A stretch of 64,000 bases of DNA from Thermoanaerobaculia bacterium (lineage in GTDB: Bacteria > Acidobacteriota > Thermoanaerobaculia > Multivoradales > Multivoraceae): positions 3,296,001 through 3,360,000 of the forward strand of contig OY761158.1 of assembly GCA_963664405.1 (NCBI GenBank), in the 5' to 3' direction. Under the pieces are notes generated by a model. The model was not told the origin of the DNA. It saw only the letters and a program-made list of their open reading frames with translations, and ran no database searches. The stretch's first letter is position 1. Each line of letters begins with the position of its first letter. Made by a program: the position numbers and the translations under genes. Positions 1 through 11,295 of this stretch are shown in pieces.

Positions 1-71
1 GAGCTGATGCGCGCCGCTTTCGAGTTGGATGCCAGCCTGCAGTAAGTCAATTGTCGTGTAGAGAGGAGCTC

Positions 72-567
72 ATGAGCGAAAATGTTTATTGGACCTGGGA
101 GGCAGATATCAAGCCGGGCGAGGAGGAGGGGTTCAAGGCTCTCGCCGCACGATGGGAGGAAATCGCGGCAATGGACCCGAAAACGCTGTACAGTAACTGG
201 ACCATCAGCGAAGATGGTAAATCGGTTCGGGTCGATCAGCGCTTCCTAGTGTCGTGTCCCGGAAATGCCTGCCTAATAGATCGAGGTCATTTCGTTCGCT
301 GCCAAGGCGCGGCGAGGCAGGCATATTGGGAAATCTGTCGGCGAGGCGTAACGAAGGCAGCGAGCGAAAGGGGCCGAGCTATTGGGTAGGCATTTCTGGG
401 ACACGACACTAGATTCGGCTGCGGCGATGGCGCAGTATCACGTGAATGACTGTTGGGGACAGCTGGATAATCACCTTCAGCCGACTTCGATGGTGATTTG
501 TGGCGATTACAGAGAGGATCTAGACTGGCTGAGAACGCACGGTGCTCGGTTCATGAAGCTCGTGTAG
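72..567 (+). pseudogene. Small ABM/dimeric alpha-beta barrel-like protein interrupted by a MITE
   Basis: ATG 72 follows AGGAG. Removing 249-411 (element plus one TA) gives a continuous 110-aa ORF ...VRVDQRF-LDSAAAMAQYH...; the fold call is weak. Confidence 0.7.
249..409 (+). mobile_element. 161-bp MITE, end type A
   Basis: TIR gtgtcgtgtcccggaaatgcct / aggcatttctgggacacgacac; TA flanks at 247-248 and 410-411; interrupts an ORF. Confidence 0.9.
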
Positions 568-621
568 TCAGACCCTGCGGTCGATTTCGTCGAGATAACT
601 TTGGCGCGGAAGGGGAGTTTG

Positions 622-981
622 ATGGCCTGGAAAGAGTTGGACCTAGGTAACAAGTCGGCTAAAGAGCTTCTAGCTCTACAGAAGAAGGTCGCCGCAGCAC
701 AGGCGAAAATGACGGCGAAGGGGAAGACAGCCCTTCTAAAGCGTTGGCGCTCCGAAGCGAAGAAGGCCGGATTCACTTTCGAGGAAGTGCTCGAAGCGGC
801 TTCCAGAAGGGCGACTTCGAAGAGCAGGCGCACGAAGTCGAAGAGCAAAGGTGCGAAGGTTCCAATGAAGTACCGCAATCCGAAGGACGCAACAGAAGCG
901 TGGTCGGGCCGTGGGCGGACGCCGCGTTGGATGCAGGCGCTCCTCACCAAAGGCAAGAAGAAAGAGGACTTTCTCATCTAG
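622..981 (+). CDS. hns: H-NS family nucleoid-associated protein
   Basis: C-terminal KYRNPKDATEAWSGRGRTPRW DNA-binding motif, Lys-rich coiled-coil N-terminus, RBS before ATG 622. Confidence 0.85.
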   Translation: MAWKELDLGNKSAKELLALQKKVAAAQAKMTAKGKTALLKRWRSEAKKAGFTFEEVLEAASRRATSKSRRTKSKSKGAKVPMKYRNPKDATEAWSGRGRTPRWMQALLTKGKKKEDFLI

Positions 982-1140
982 ACCAGCGTTTCCAAAGTTC
1001 GTGCTGCATAGCTCGAGGTCATTCTGTTCGCTGGCTAGGCGCGCTGACGCAGGCATATTGGGCAATATGTCGAGGAGGCGAAACGACGCCAGCGGGCAGA
1101 AGGGCCCGAGATATGTGCGCGAACTTTGGAAACACTGGTC
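981..1140 (+). mobile_element. 160-bp MITE, end type B
   Basis: TIR gaccagcgtttccaaagttcg / cgaactttggaaacactggtc; begins inside the hns TAG stop; flanks TA/TG; near-identical copies at 26158 and 62728. Confidence 0.9.
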
Positions 1141-1301
1141 TGGTCTGCGCGTCTGAATGAGGACTCCCGGCCTTCGCCTCTCTCGGGCTCTGAAGGGGGC
1201 GAGCATTCTGGCCCTCGCCTGCACGGCGCTGGTCTGGGGTGCGTTGCTGGCGTCGGTGTGGAGGTCGGGCGAGCTGGTCGGGCGCTCCTCGCGGCGCACT
1301 C

Positions 1302-2555
1302 TCAGCTGCCGAAATCCCAGCCTTCGCCGCGGTGATAGTTCTTGAGCACGTTCTTGGCGATGAGGATCTTGTGAACCTCGTCGGGACCGTCGGCGATGCG
1401 CAGAGTCCTGGCTCCCAGGTACATCCCGGCCAGGGGTAGGTCGCCGGAGACGCCGGCCGCTCCCCAGACCTGGATGGCGCGGTCGACCACCCGGTGATAG
1501 GCCGCCGGGACGAAGACCTTGATCGCCGAGATGTCGGTGCGCACGCTCTCTCCGAGCTCCATCCTCTCCGCCGTGTGCAGCGTCATCAGTCGCGCTGCCT
1601 GGATGTCGATATAGGAGTCGGCGATGAAGCCTTGGATGAACTGCTTGGTCTCGAGTCTGCCGCCATGGACGTCGCGAGTGGCGGCGCGATGCACCATCAG
1701 GTCGAAGGCCCGCCACATCTGGCCGATCGAGTTCATGCAGTGGTACACGCGGCCGGCGCCGAGACGGTCCTGGGCCGCCTGATGCCCCGATCCGGGTTGG
1801 CCGAGCTGGTTCTCGAGCGGAACCCGAACGTTGTCGTAGATGATCTCGCAATGATCGCTTGGGCGTCCCCAGACCGGCACTCCCCGCACGATATTCACCC
1901 CGGGTGTGTCGGTGGGCACGATGATCTGAGTCATCTGCGAGTTGCGACCCGTGGCCCCGCCCGCCTCGCCGGTGCGACACATCACGATCAGGAAGTCAGC
2001 CGCCTTGCCATTCGAAGTGAACCACTTGTGACCGTTGATCACCCACTCGTCACCGTCTTTTGTGGCGGAGGTCTTGAGCGAGCGAGGGTCCGACCCTGGG
2101 CTGTCGGGCTCGGTCATGGAGAAGCCGGACTGCATCTTGCCTTCGGTCAGCGGCACCAACCACTTCTTCTTCTGCTCTTCGGTGCCGTACTTGAGGAGGA
2201 TCTTCTGGTTCCCCGAGTTGGGAGCCACGACGCCGAAAAGTGCCGCGCCTCCGGAGCAGTAGGCCAGGATCTCATTCATGTAGGCGTGCTCCAGAAAGTC
2301 GAGCCCGCAACCGCCGTATTCGGGAGGAAGGTGGGGTGCCCACAGTCCGGCCTTCTTCACCCTGCCCTGGATCTGTTGTCTCAGCTCGTGAGCTTCCTTG
2401 GCTTGGCTCTCGCTGACGCCCTGTTGCCTCCATACCCAGATCCGGTTCTCGTTGGGCAGGATGTCCTGGTTGATGATCTCTGCCGTACTCATCCGAATGT
2501 CGTTGACTCGGTCGCTGAGACTGGCGATCGGCTTGACGTTCATGGCCGTATTCAT
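1302..2555 (-). CDS. Acyl-CoA dehydrogenase
   Basis: FSMTEPDSPGSD, INGHKWFTS, AIQVWGAAG and RIADGPDEVH motifs. Confidence 0.93.
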   Translation of the reverse strand: MNTAMNVKPIASLSDRVNDIRMSTAEIINQDILPNENRIWVWRQQGVSESQAKEAHELRQQIQGRVKKAGLWAPHLPPEYGGCGLDFLEHAYMNEILAYCSGGAALFGVVAPNSGNQKILLKYGTEEQKKKWLVPLTEGKMQSGFSMTEPDSPGSDPRSLKTSATKDGDEWVINGHKWFTSNGKAADFLIVMCRTGEAGGATGRNSQMTQIIVPTDTPGVNIVRGVPVWGRPSDHCEIIYDNVRVPLENQLGQPGSGHQAAQDRLGAGRVYHCMNSIGQMWRAFDLMVHRAATRDVHGGRLETKQFIQGFIADSYIDIQAARLMTLHTAERMELGESVRTDISAIKVFVPAAYHRVVDRAIQVWGAAGVSGDLPLAGMYLGARTLRIADGPDEVHKILIAKNVLKNYHRGEGWDFGS

Positions 2556-2569
2556 CGAAGTCTCCGATC

Positions 2570-3709
2570 TCAGTAGCCTTGGATCTCGGCAAAGCGGTTG
2601 CGATGAAAAGCGGCGTCGCCGAAGGTCATCTCCGCCACCCGCGCCCGCTTCATGAAGAGGCCGATGTCGTGCTCGTCGGTCATGCCGATACCGCCGTGCA
2701 TCTGCAGGGCTTCGTTGGTGATCAGAATGTAGGCGTCCGAGCAGCGCGCCTTGGCGTTGGATACCTGCAAGCGCGCGTCGTCGTCGCCGGAGTCGACCGC
2801 ACGTGCGGCCGCCATCACCACCGATCGCGAGAGCTCCTTCTCGATGAACATCTTCGCCGCCCGGTGCTTGAGCGCCTGGAAGGTGCCGATCAGCACGCCG
2901 AACTGCTCGCGCTCGTTGAGATAAGCGACGGTGCGATCGAGAGCTTCGTTCATGCCCCCGAGCATCTCGCCGCAGAGTGCCACGGTGGCTCGGTCGGCGG
3001 CTGCGGTGAGCGTGTCGAGCCCGCCCCCGACTTCACCGATGACGTCGCCCTGGCCGACCTTGACGCCTTCGAGGCGCACGATTGCGGCATTGCGCGAGTC
3101 GACCCGGCTCTGTCGCACCGAGGAGACTCCTTGGCGATCGGCCGGCACTAGAAAGAGGGTGATGCCCGAGCTGTCTTTGGCGTCGCCTGCGGATCGCGAG
3201 GAGATGATCCAGCCGTCTGCCAGATGGCCGTCGATGACCTGGATCTTCTCGCCGTTGAGCTCCCACCCCTCCCCATTCGCGCTCGCCATCGTCTCGACGT
3301 GTGCGAGGTCGTAACGCGAGCCGCTCTCCTGATAGGCGACGGCAACCCGCTTCTCGCCGGTGATGGTGGGTTCCACCCAGGCGGCCTTCTGTTCGTCGTT
3401 GGCCTGGCCAAACAGGCTGCCGGCGAGGACGACTGCCGAGATATAGGGCTCCGGCGCCAACCCACGCCCGAGGGCTTCGGTGATGAGCACGACCTCGGCA
3501 AGGCCCAGTCCGAGGCCGCCATCGTCCTCGGCAAACGGGATTGCGGTCCATCCTAGGTCGGCCATTTCCTTCCATACCAGGGGCGAGTAGCCGAGCGCAT
3601 CGTCGGCTTCGCGCAACTCGCGTAGACGCAGGATCGCGTCGTTCTTGGTCATGAAATCAGCGGCGGTCTTTGCCAGCATCTGCTGGGCGCCATCGAGTAC
3701 GAGTTTCAT
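2570..3709 (-). CDS. Acyl-CoA dehydrogenase (PimD-like small partner subunit)
   Basis: REQFGVLIGTFQALKHR and LQMHGGIGMTDEH; adjacent to a second ACAD. Confidence 0.9.
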   Translation of the reverse strand: MKLVLDGAQQMLAKTAADFMTKNDAILRLRELREADDALGYSPLVWKEMADLGWTAIPFAEDDGGLGLGLAEVVLITEALGRGLAPEPYISAVVLAGSLFGQANDEQKAAWVEPTITGEKRVAVAYQESGSRYDLAHVETMASANGEGWELNGEKIQVIDGHLADGWIISSRSAGDAKDSSGITLFLVPADRQGVSSVRQSRVDSRNAAIVRLEGVKVGQGDVIGEVGGGLDTLTAAADRATVALCGEMLGGMNEALDRTVAYLNEREQFGVLIGTFQALKHRAAKMFIEKELSRSVVMAAARAVDSGDDDARLQVSNAKARCSDAYILITNEALQMHGGIGMTDEHDIGLFMKRARVAEMTFGDAAFHRNRFAEIQGY

Positions 3710-3721
3710 ATTTTCACTTCC

Positions 3722-4906
3722 TCAATCGGGGAGATTCAGCACTCGCTTGGCGATGATGTTGAGTTGGATCTCCGAGGTGCCACCCTCGATGCTGTTTGCC
3801 CGCGAGCGCAGCCAGGTGCGTGTTTGGCGCAGCTCGCTGTTCTCGAAGCCCTCGCCCGTCCATCCCAGGGCCTGAGGCCCACGGATCGAGAGCATGAGCT
3901 CTTCCCGGCGCATGTTGAGCTCGGTGCCGTAGTACTTGAACATCGAGCTCTCCGGCCCGGGCTGATTCCCTGCCTCGAGCGAGTCGACGTGGCGCTTGGT
4001 GGTCGTGCCGAAAGACAATGCGTCCATCTCGTTCTGGATCACGCGATCGCGCAGCGCCGGCTCTGCAATGCGTCCATGCTCTTCGCCGACGTGCTTCTTT
4101 GCGAGGTTGGCGAGGAATGCGCGCTGGGCGCCTCCTCCCATGCCTCCGATGCTGCTTCGCTCGTGGCCGAGCAGGGCTTTGGCCACTGTCCAGCCGCTGT
4201 TGGCGTCGCCGATGACATTGGCCACCGGCACGCTCACGTTTTCGAAGAAGGTCTCACAGAAGGGCGACGCGCCCGAGATCAGGCGAATCGGCTTGGCCTG
4301 GACCCCTGGGCTCGTCATGTCGACCAGAATAAAGGTGATGCCGGCCTGCTTCTTCACCGACGGGTCGGTACGCACCAACATGAAGATCCAGTCGGCCTGG
4401 TCGGCGCCACTGGTCCAGATCTTCTGGCCGTTGATGATGTAGACGTCGCCATCGCGCACTGCGGAGGTCTGGAGCGATGCCAGGTCGGATCCGGAGTTGG
4501 GCTCCGAGTAGCCTTGACACCAGCGAATCTCGCCACTACAGATCTTGGGAATGTGCTCGCGCCTCTGCTCCTCGGTGCCGTATTGGAGCAGCGTCGGTCC
4601 GATCATGCTGGTGCCGAAGCCGCTCAGCGGAGGCGGCACACCCAGTCGGCGAATCTCTTCGCCGATGATCAGGGCCTCTTCCTTGCTGTGCCCGCCGCCG
4701 CCATACTCTCTGGGCCAGGCCGGGGCCGTCCACCCACGCGTCGCCGCGATCTCCATCCACTGCTTGGACTCGGGGTATCTGTAGACGGCCCTCTTACCGC
4801 CGCCGGGAAACGCCTCCTGTTCACCGGCCTTGCCGCGCATCAATGGGGGGACGTTCTCCTCCAGCCAGGCACGTGTCTCTTCGCGAAAGTTGTCGAGATC
4901 GGACAT
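3722..4906 (-). CDS. Acyl-CoA dehydrogenase (PimC-like large subunit)
   Basis: WCQGYSEPNSGSDLASL, INGQKIWTS and IEGGTSEIQLNII. Confidence 0.92.
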   Translation of the reverse strand: MSDLDNFREETRAWLEENVPPLMRGKAGEQEAFPGGGKRAVYRYPESKQWMEIAATRGWTAPAWPREYGGGGHSKEEALIIGEEIRRLGVPPPLSGFGTSMIGPTLLQYGTEEQRREHIPKICSGEIRWCQGYSEPNSGSDLASLQTSAVRDGDVYIINGQKIWTSGADQADWIFMLVRTDPSVKKQAGITFILVDMTSPGVQAKPIRLISGASPFCETFFENVSVPVANVIGDANSGWTVAKALLGHERSSIGGMGGGAQRAFLANLAKKHVGEEHGRIAEPALRDRVIQNEMDALSFGTTTKRHVDSLEAGNQPGPESSMFKYYGTELNMRREELMLSIRGPQALGWTGEGFENSELRQTRTWLRSRANSIEGGTSEIQLNIIAKRVLNLPD

Positions 4907-5074
4907 CTTTTTCTACACCTCTTGCAGGAACGGCACCGGTTTTCGATGCCACCTTTTTCTCAAAACGCGGCAGAAGGGTAGCAGATTGAGCCCTCGAGAT
5001 CAGGGCGTCTGGCGCTTGTTCTGAATCTAGGCTCGAAAGGGTAGATTGGGCCCGAATGCGTCAGTTTCCTACTA

Positions 5075-5235
5075 GTACATGGGGCCACAAGTACGGTTAC
5101 GTTTCGAACGTCGATGCGCCTCGCCAGCAAGGCGCGCGACTGAGGCGTACCTGGGAGTACGTCGCAAGGAGCGCAACGCCGCTGGAGAGGATGCAGCGTC
5201 GTTCCAAACGTGTACGTATTTGTGGCCGCATGTAC
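5075..5235 (+). mobile_element. 161-bp MITE, end type C
   Basis: TIR gtacatggggccacaagtacg / cgtatttgtggccgcatgtac; TA flanks at 5073-5074 and 5236-5237; same AGGCGC...GTCG...AACG core as types A and B. Confidence 0.85.
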
Positions 5236-5261
5236 TAGCGGTCCGTCGAGGAGGGCGAGGT

Positions 5262-6065
5262 ATGAAGACAATCTCTGAAGGTCTGGTGTTGGTCGAAGTA
5301 GAGGGCTCCAGCGCTTGTTTCGTCCTCAATCGGCCGCAGAAGAAGAACGCGATGACCAACGAGATGTTGTGGACCTTCCACGACTCGCTGCAGCAAGCGA
5401 TCGCGGACGATCGTGTGCGCACGATCCTGGTTCGGGGCGAGGGCCCCTGCTTCTCGTCGGGGCGTGATCTCAAGGAATTCACCGGCGAGGCGATGTTGCA
5501 GGACTCCTCGGTGGATCGATGTACTGAGCCCTTCCTTCGCACCCTGACTCTGTTGCTCGACTCTCCGAAGCCGACAGTGGCAGCCGTACATGGCTTTGCC
5601 CTCGGCGGCGGTCAGGCGCTCAGTCTGGCTTGCGATTTCGTTGTTGCCGAGCGTAGCGCTCAGTTCGGCAATGTGGAGATGGCATACGGCTTTCCGGCGG
5701 CTATGAACCTGGTGCTGCTTTCCAAGCACCTCGGCCGGCGCTTGGCATTGGAGATCGCCATGACGGGCGAGATCTATACCGCTGAGCGCTACTACGAGCT
5801 GGGTCTGATCAATCGTCTAGTTGAGGACGGGGGTCTGGACGAAGCCACTCGCGATTTCTCGAGCGTGCTCAACGCCCGTGAGCCCTGGGCGGTTCGTCGC
5901 ACCAAAGAGGCCTTCAGAGCCGCAGAGGAGGCGACCCTTTCGGCCGGCCTCCACATCGGAGATCAGCTCAACCAGCTGCTCCAGCTCGGCGGTCAGAGCC
6001 AGCGCTTTCACAGCGGCAGTGCCGACGTCAGGGGCGAGCTCAAGAAGGATCTTGGCGAAGACTGA
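5262..6065 (+). CDS. Enoyl-CoA hydratase/isomerase family protein
   Basis: LNRPQKKNA, FSSGRDL and AAVHGFALGGG crotonase motifs; RBS before ATG 5262. Confidence 0.9.
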   Translation: MKTISEGLVLVEVEGSSACFVLNRPQKKNAMTNEMLWTFHDSLQQAIADDRVRTILVRGEGPCFSSGRDLKEFTGEAMLQDSSVDRCTEPFLRTLTLLLDSPKPTVAAVHGFALGGGQALSLACDFVVAERSAQFGNVEMAYGFPAAMNLVLLSKHLGRRLALEIAMTGEIYTAERYYELGLINRLVEDGGLDEATRDFSSVLNAREPWAVRRTKEAFRAAEEATLSAGLHIGDQLNQLLQLGGQSQRFHSGSADVRGELKKDLGED

Positions 6066-6094
6066 CTCGCCGGCACGCTCTGTCCGATTCCAAG

Positions 6095-7153
6095 CTATTC
6101 CGCGGCCGGCGCGGCCGCCGGTTCGGGTTCGCGCGGACCGAGTAGGACCGCCCAGCAGCGGGTGCTCTCTCTCGACTCGAGTGCGAGTTTGATCGCCATC
6201 GTCAGAGGCACCGACAACAACATGCCGACAACGCCGAGAATCCAGCCCCAGAGAAAGATCGAGAAGAAAACGACCAGCGGCGAGAGTCCCATTCCTCCCC
6301 CCATTACCCTCGGCTCGATAAAGCCTCCGACAGTAGCGTTGATTACCAGATAGCCCAGAGCCACCAGGGCGGCGGTCCCCGGACCGAGCTGAAGGTAGGC
6401 GACGATCACCGCCGGAATCGCGGCAATGAACGAGCCGATATTCGGAATGAAGTTGAGCAGGAAAGCGACCAGGCCCCAGATGAGGGCGAAATCAACACCG
6501 AAGAGTCGGAGAAAGACGTAGACCGTGACACCGGTGAACAGACTGATGATCGTTTTGAGACCGAGATAGCGATTGAGTGAGCGATTCAGCGTCTGCAGCC
6601 GTTCCAGGGTTTCGTCGGAGCTCTTGAACGCGGCACGGACCTTACCCGGGAAGTGCGATGCTTCGAGCAGCATGAAGACCAGAGCAAAGAAGATGAGGAA
6701 TCCGCTGCCGAAGACACCACTGACCCCGGTCAGGAGGTTCCCGGCGAATCCAAGGGCCGCGCCCGGGTCGACCCATTTGACGATCTCGTCTCCGGAGATC
6801 GGGAGATCGCCGGAGTCGACGCGACCCAGGAGCGAGAGCAGATCATCGCGCAGACGCTCTTGGTAGATCGGAAGGCGAGAGAAGAAGGGACCCAGCGAGC
6901 CTGCCACCACCGAGACCAGGAAAGCGAGCGTGCTCCCCATTACCAGGACCACGACAGCGACCGCGACGGGAGAGGGGACTCGGAACCTGACCAGCCACCG
7001 GACAGGTCCGATCGCGATGCCGGCCAGAAACGCGGCGAGTAGAAAGGGCACGAGCACGACGCGCGCCTGTTGAAGACCGAGGATGATACCCACGATCGCC
7101 GCCGTGCCCAGGAGCGCGGTCAGCCAGCGCGGGAGCCCGATTTGCTGTGCCAC
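6095..7153 (-). CDS. AI-2E family transporter
   Basis: Multi-pass membrane protein with LLNFIPNIGS, EPRVMG and WGWILGVVGMLLSVPLT motifs. Confidence 0.9.
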   Translation of the reverse strand: MAQQIGLPRWLTALLGTAAIVGIILGLQQARVVLVPFLLAAFLAGIAIGPVRWLVRFRVPSPVAVAVVVLVMGSTLAFLVSVVAGSLGPFFSRLPIYQERLRDDLLSLLGRVDSGDLPISGDEIVKWVDPGAALGFAGNLLTGVSGVFGSGFLIFFALVFMLLEASHFPGKVRAAFKSSDETLERLQTLNRSLNRYLGLKTIISLFTGVTVYVFLRLFGVDFALIWGLVAFLLNFIPNIGSFIAAIPAVIVAYLQLGPGTAALVALGYLVINATVGGFIEPRVMGGGMGLSPLVVFFSIFLWGWILGVVGMLLSVPLTMAIKLALESRESTRCWAVLLGPREPEPAAAPAAE

Positions 7154-9245
7154 GGTCGCAGTTTACATGCCAAGCGGTGAGTGCACCTCGATCGCTGCTA
7201 GCGGGGGGAGCGAGACCGGAGGTGTCAAGGAGCTGAGGTGCGCTTGTACTTACTTCAGTCGGGTAGGGCCAGGGCGATGAGCTCGGGCACCGAGCCGCGA
7301 GTCGTCAGGACGATGTACTGTCTTCCGTCGATCGAGTAGGTCATCGGCGTTCCCAGACCGGGAGCCGGTAGAGGCACCTCGCCGACGACCTCGCCGGTCT
7401 TCTTGTCGCGTGCGACCAGGAGTGGGCCGCGAGCTCCGGTCTGGTCCCACTGGCCTTGAATCAACAGGGTCTTGGTGAGCAGAGGGCCGGTGTAGGTGTC
7501 GCCGCCGAGAGGCGGGAGATCGAGGCCCGCGAGACGCGGGTGGTCACGTAGCTTTCCGCCGTCGCCGAGAGGCTGCATCCAGACCTTGTCGCCGGCGTTC
7601 ATGTTGTAGGCGGTCATGCTGGTGTAGGGCGGCTTCCAAAGCGGAAGATCTTCGGGCATCCGCGGCCGCGCGCCGAGACCACCGTGGGTAAAACGCAGAG
7701 TGCCGCCTTCTTCTTTGTTGGGGGTGTAGAAGGTGATCATCGACATCCGATTGCGAGAGGGCACGTAGAGCCAGCCGGTCTCGGGGTCGACGGCCGCTCC
7801 GTACCAGTTGGCGCCGCCTCCGGTACTGGGTCGGAAGAGCATTCCCTGTTTGCCCCCAGGAACCTTCAGCGTTGGCGGCGTGTAGAGCGGGCCGAGATCG
7901 AAGTCCTTCACCGCCTCGATCGCCATGGCTCGGATCTCGGGGGTGAAATCGACCAGGTCGTCGATAGCCGTTCCTTGCGCCTCGAAGGGCGGTGGCTTGC
8001 TGGGAAAGGGCTGCGTTGGCCAGGCGACGTCTCCCGGCATCGTAGCTGGGGGAACGGGTCGCTCGGGGATCGGCCACACCGGCTCGCCGGTGGCGCGATC
8101 GAATACGTAGACGAATCCCTGTTTAGTGGCCTGTGCCACCGCCTTGATCCGGCGCCCGTCGACCGTGATATCGATCAGATTTGGCGCTGACGCGAGATCG
8201 TAGTCCCAAAGTCCGTGGTGAACCATCTGGAAGTGCCAGACCTTCTCTCCGGTCATGACGTCGACGCACACCAGGCTCTCGGAGTAGAGATTGGCGCCCG
8301 GCCTATGGCCTCCCCAGAAGTCATTGGTGGCGGTCCCGATGGGAAGATAGACGTAGCCGAGCTCTTCGTCACCGCTCATGATCGACCACACATTGGCGTT
8401 GCCCGAGTACTTCCAGGAGTCGTCCTCCCAAGTCTCGACGCCCTCGTCACCCGCCTGCGGCACGGTGCGGAAGACCCATCGCATCGCACCTGTCTTAGCG
8501 TCCCAGCCACGCACCCAGCCGGGGATCGACTCCATGGTAATGCGGCGGTCCGCGATCGAGGCTCCCGTGATGACGACGTCGCGCACCACGATGGGCGGTG
8601 ACTGCATCGAGTAGAGAAGGGCGTTCAGGTAGTCCCGCTCGCCGCGGTTGGCCCGGGGTAGCCCCTCCATCAAGTCGACACGTCCATCGACTCCGAAGTC
8701 GGGGCATGGACGCCCGGTCTTGGCGTCGACGGCGAGCAGATAGCCGTCTCCGGTGCCCCAATAGATACGCTCGTCGTCACCGTCGCTCCACCGGGCGACG
8801 CCACGCTGGTTCCAGATCACGGTCATCGAAGTGGTGCCGCTCTCGTAACTCTTGGGGTTGTAGATCCACAGGGTTTCGCCTGTCGAGGCATCGACCGCGG
8901 CGCCCTGGGACAGCGGCGTATTGAGGAAGAGCCTGCCGTCGGCCATCAGCGGCGTCGCCTTGAGGTTGGTGATCATCGGGTTGCGGCCCGCACGCCAGAG
9001 CATTGGATCCTCACGCTCGAGCGCGGCGAAGATCTCTCTGCGGTCAGCCTGCCACTCGCCGCCGTCCTCCGACTTGGTGAGGAAGGCGTCGGCCGATCGC
9101 CAGCGCCACGCCACCTCGAGCTCTTCGAAGTTGGAGCGATCGATCTGGTCGAGGGCCGAGTACTTGGTGCTGCCGGTGTCGCCACCGTGGCTCGGCCACT
9201 GGTCGATGGGGGAGCCGTATTGGGCGCCGACACTCGTTGCGCTAA

Positions 9246-11250
9246 GGGTCGGCGCGGAAATAAGTTTCCAGTATCTGGGGTGACCATACCACTGCCCCCT
9301 TCTTCAGCCACCGCATAATCCTCCGGTACGCGCCTTGTTTGCAAGGTTTAGAGCTAGCATAGCCCTGCCCGCATTTGGTATAGTTTCCCCTGTCACCTCT
9401 TTTGGAAGGGGAACTATACCAAATGGTACGAGCCGAAGATCGTGATGCAACAGTGCGCGAGCTCTTGATGAGCGAACAGATGGCCACCATGGATGAGCTC
9501 AAGGACGCCATGGGAACCCGAGCCACCATGACGGTCTACCGTTCGCTGTCTCGATTGGGCTATTTGGCCAGCTACTCGGATCGAGGGCGGTTCTATACCT
9601 TGAACGAGATTCCCGATTTCGACGATCTGGGTTTGTGGTCGTGCGGTTCGGCGAGGTTCAGTCGGCATGGCAGCCTCCTCGAAACTGCGGTGGCTGCCGT
9701 GGACCGGTCCGCTGCCGGCTATACGGCTTCTGAACTCGAGCTCCTGCTGCAGGTCGAGGTCAAGCACGCGATGTTGCACCTCGTTCGTCGCAAGAGAATC
9801 GTACGATCCAGAGTTGGGAAGAGGTTCGTATACTTGTGCTCGGAAACAGGGCGCCGTCGTCAGCAGAAGCTGATGCGCAACGAACGGCAGGCTCTCCAGG
9901 ATGTAGCTGCCAGCCTCGTTCCAGAAGTGCTCCCCGAGGAGCTCAGGGCTGCCATCGTTTTATTCTTCAGCCTGCTAGACGAACGCCAGCGGCGGCTCTT
10001 CGCTGGCCTGGAAGCGACCAAGCTCGGGCATGGCGGCGACCGGAAGATCGCCGATCTTCTGGACCTGGACCCTCATACAGTCGCAAAAGGACGTCGCGAG
10101 CTCTTCGGCGGCTCCGTGGAGCGCGGAAGAGTTCGAAGAGCAGGCGGTGGCAACCAACGAGTGGAAAAAAAACGCCCGAGATAGTCGATGGAATCCATTC
10201 CATACTCGAGGCCGATATAGCTGGTGATCCCATGTCATCAAGAAGATGGACGCACGAGACCGCTGCAAGGGTGGCCCAATGCCTTGCCGAACGCCTTGAC
10301 ATCATCGTATCGGCTACGGTGGTGCGTCGATTGCTCGCAGACCTGAACTATTCCCTCAAGAGCAATAGGAAATGTCTGTCTTCGGGGAACTCCCCAGATC
10401 GTGATGCACAGTTCAAGGCCATCAAGCAACTGCGCGAGGATTTCACAAGCGCTGGCGACCCGATCATCAGCGTCGATACGAAGAAGAAGGAGCTGATCGG
10501 TCGGTTCAAGAACCAGGGACAGACATGGTGCCGCGAGGCCAAGCGGGTCAAGGATCACGACTTCCGGTCCGAAGCTCTCGCCATCGCCTCCCCCTATGGG
10601 ATCTACGATCTTCAGAGGAACTTCGGCGTTCTCGTCGTCGGACAGTCGTCGGACACGCCGGAGTTCGCCGTCAACAGCATCGCGACCTGGTGGCTCAACT
10701 ACGGTCGATCTCAGTATCCGGCGGCTCAGCGTCTCCTCATTCTTGCTGACAGCGGCGCAAGCAACGGCGCACGGCTTCGAGCCTGGAAGAAGTACCTCCA
10801 GGAGAAGCTCTCAGACAAGTGCGGCCTCATCATCACCGTAGCCCACTATCCAACCGGCACCAGTAAATGGAATCCCATCGAGCACAGGATGTTCAGCGAG
10901 ATCAGCAAGAACTGGGCCGGAGTTCCTCTCGAGAGTTTCGAGATCCTGGTCAATCTCGTCCGCAACACGACGACATCCACCGGACTGCGCGTCGAGCCGT
11001 GCCGTGATCAACGCCAATACGAGAAAGGGGTCAGGGTATCGGACAAGGAAATGCTGCAGCTCGCGGTGGCCAGGAGCGACTTCCTAGGAAAGTGGAACTA
11101 CACGCTCTCGCCGAGACCGCGAACCGAGCAGCAAGAGCTTGCCCCACAGCCTGGGCTCAGCTCACCACCACCTCCAATGCAGCGACCGCCCTGTGGCGCC
11201 TCGGCCTCACACGCTCCGGCGATAATGTGAAGTTATTTCCGCGCCGACCC
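9246..11250 (+). mobile_element. ISAzo13-family insertion sequence, copy 1
   Basis: TIR gggtcggcgcggaaataa; TAA duplicated at 9243-9245 and 11251-11253. Confidence 0.92.
9402..11230 (+). CDS. ISAzo13-family transposase, two ORFs joined by a -1 frameshift
   Basis: ISVDTKKKELIG, DHDF and GTSKWNPIEHRMFS motifs; A8 run at 10165-10172 links ORF 9402-10184 to the -1 frame. Confidence 0.85.
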
Positions 11251-11295
11251 TAAGCAGCGTCGCGAGGGCCGCCGGCGCGCGGAAGCTTCGCGTGG

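Noticed and set aside
249-1140. Nearby related repeats as a CRISPR or other spacer array
   Set aside because: They are isolated TIR-bounded elements with no repeat-spacer period and no cas genes.
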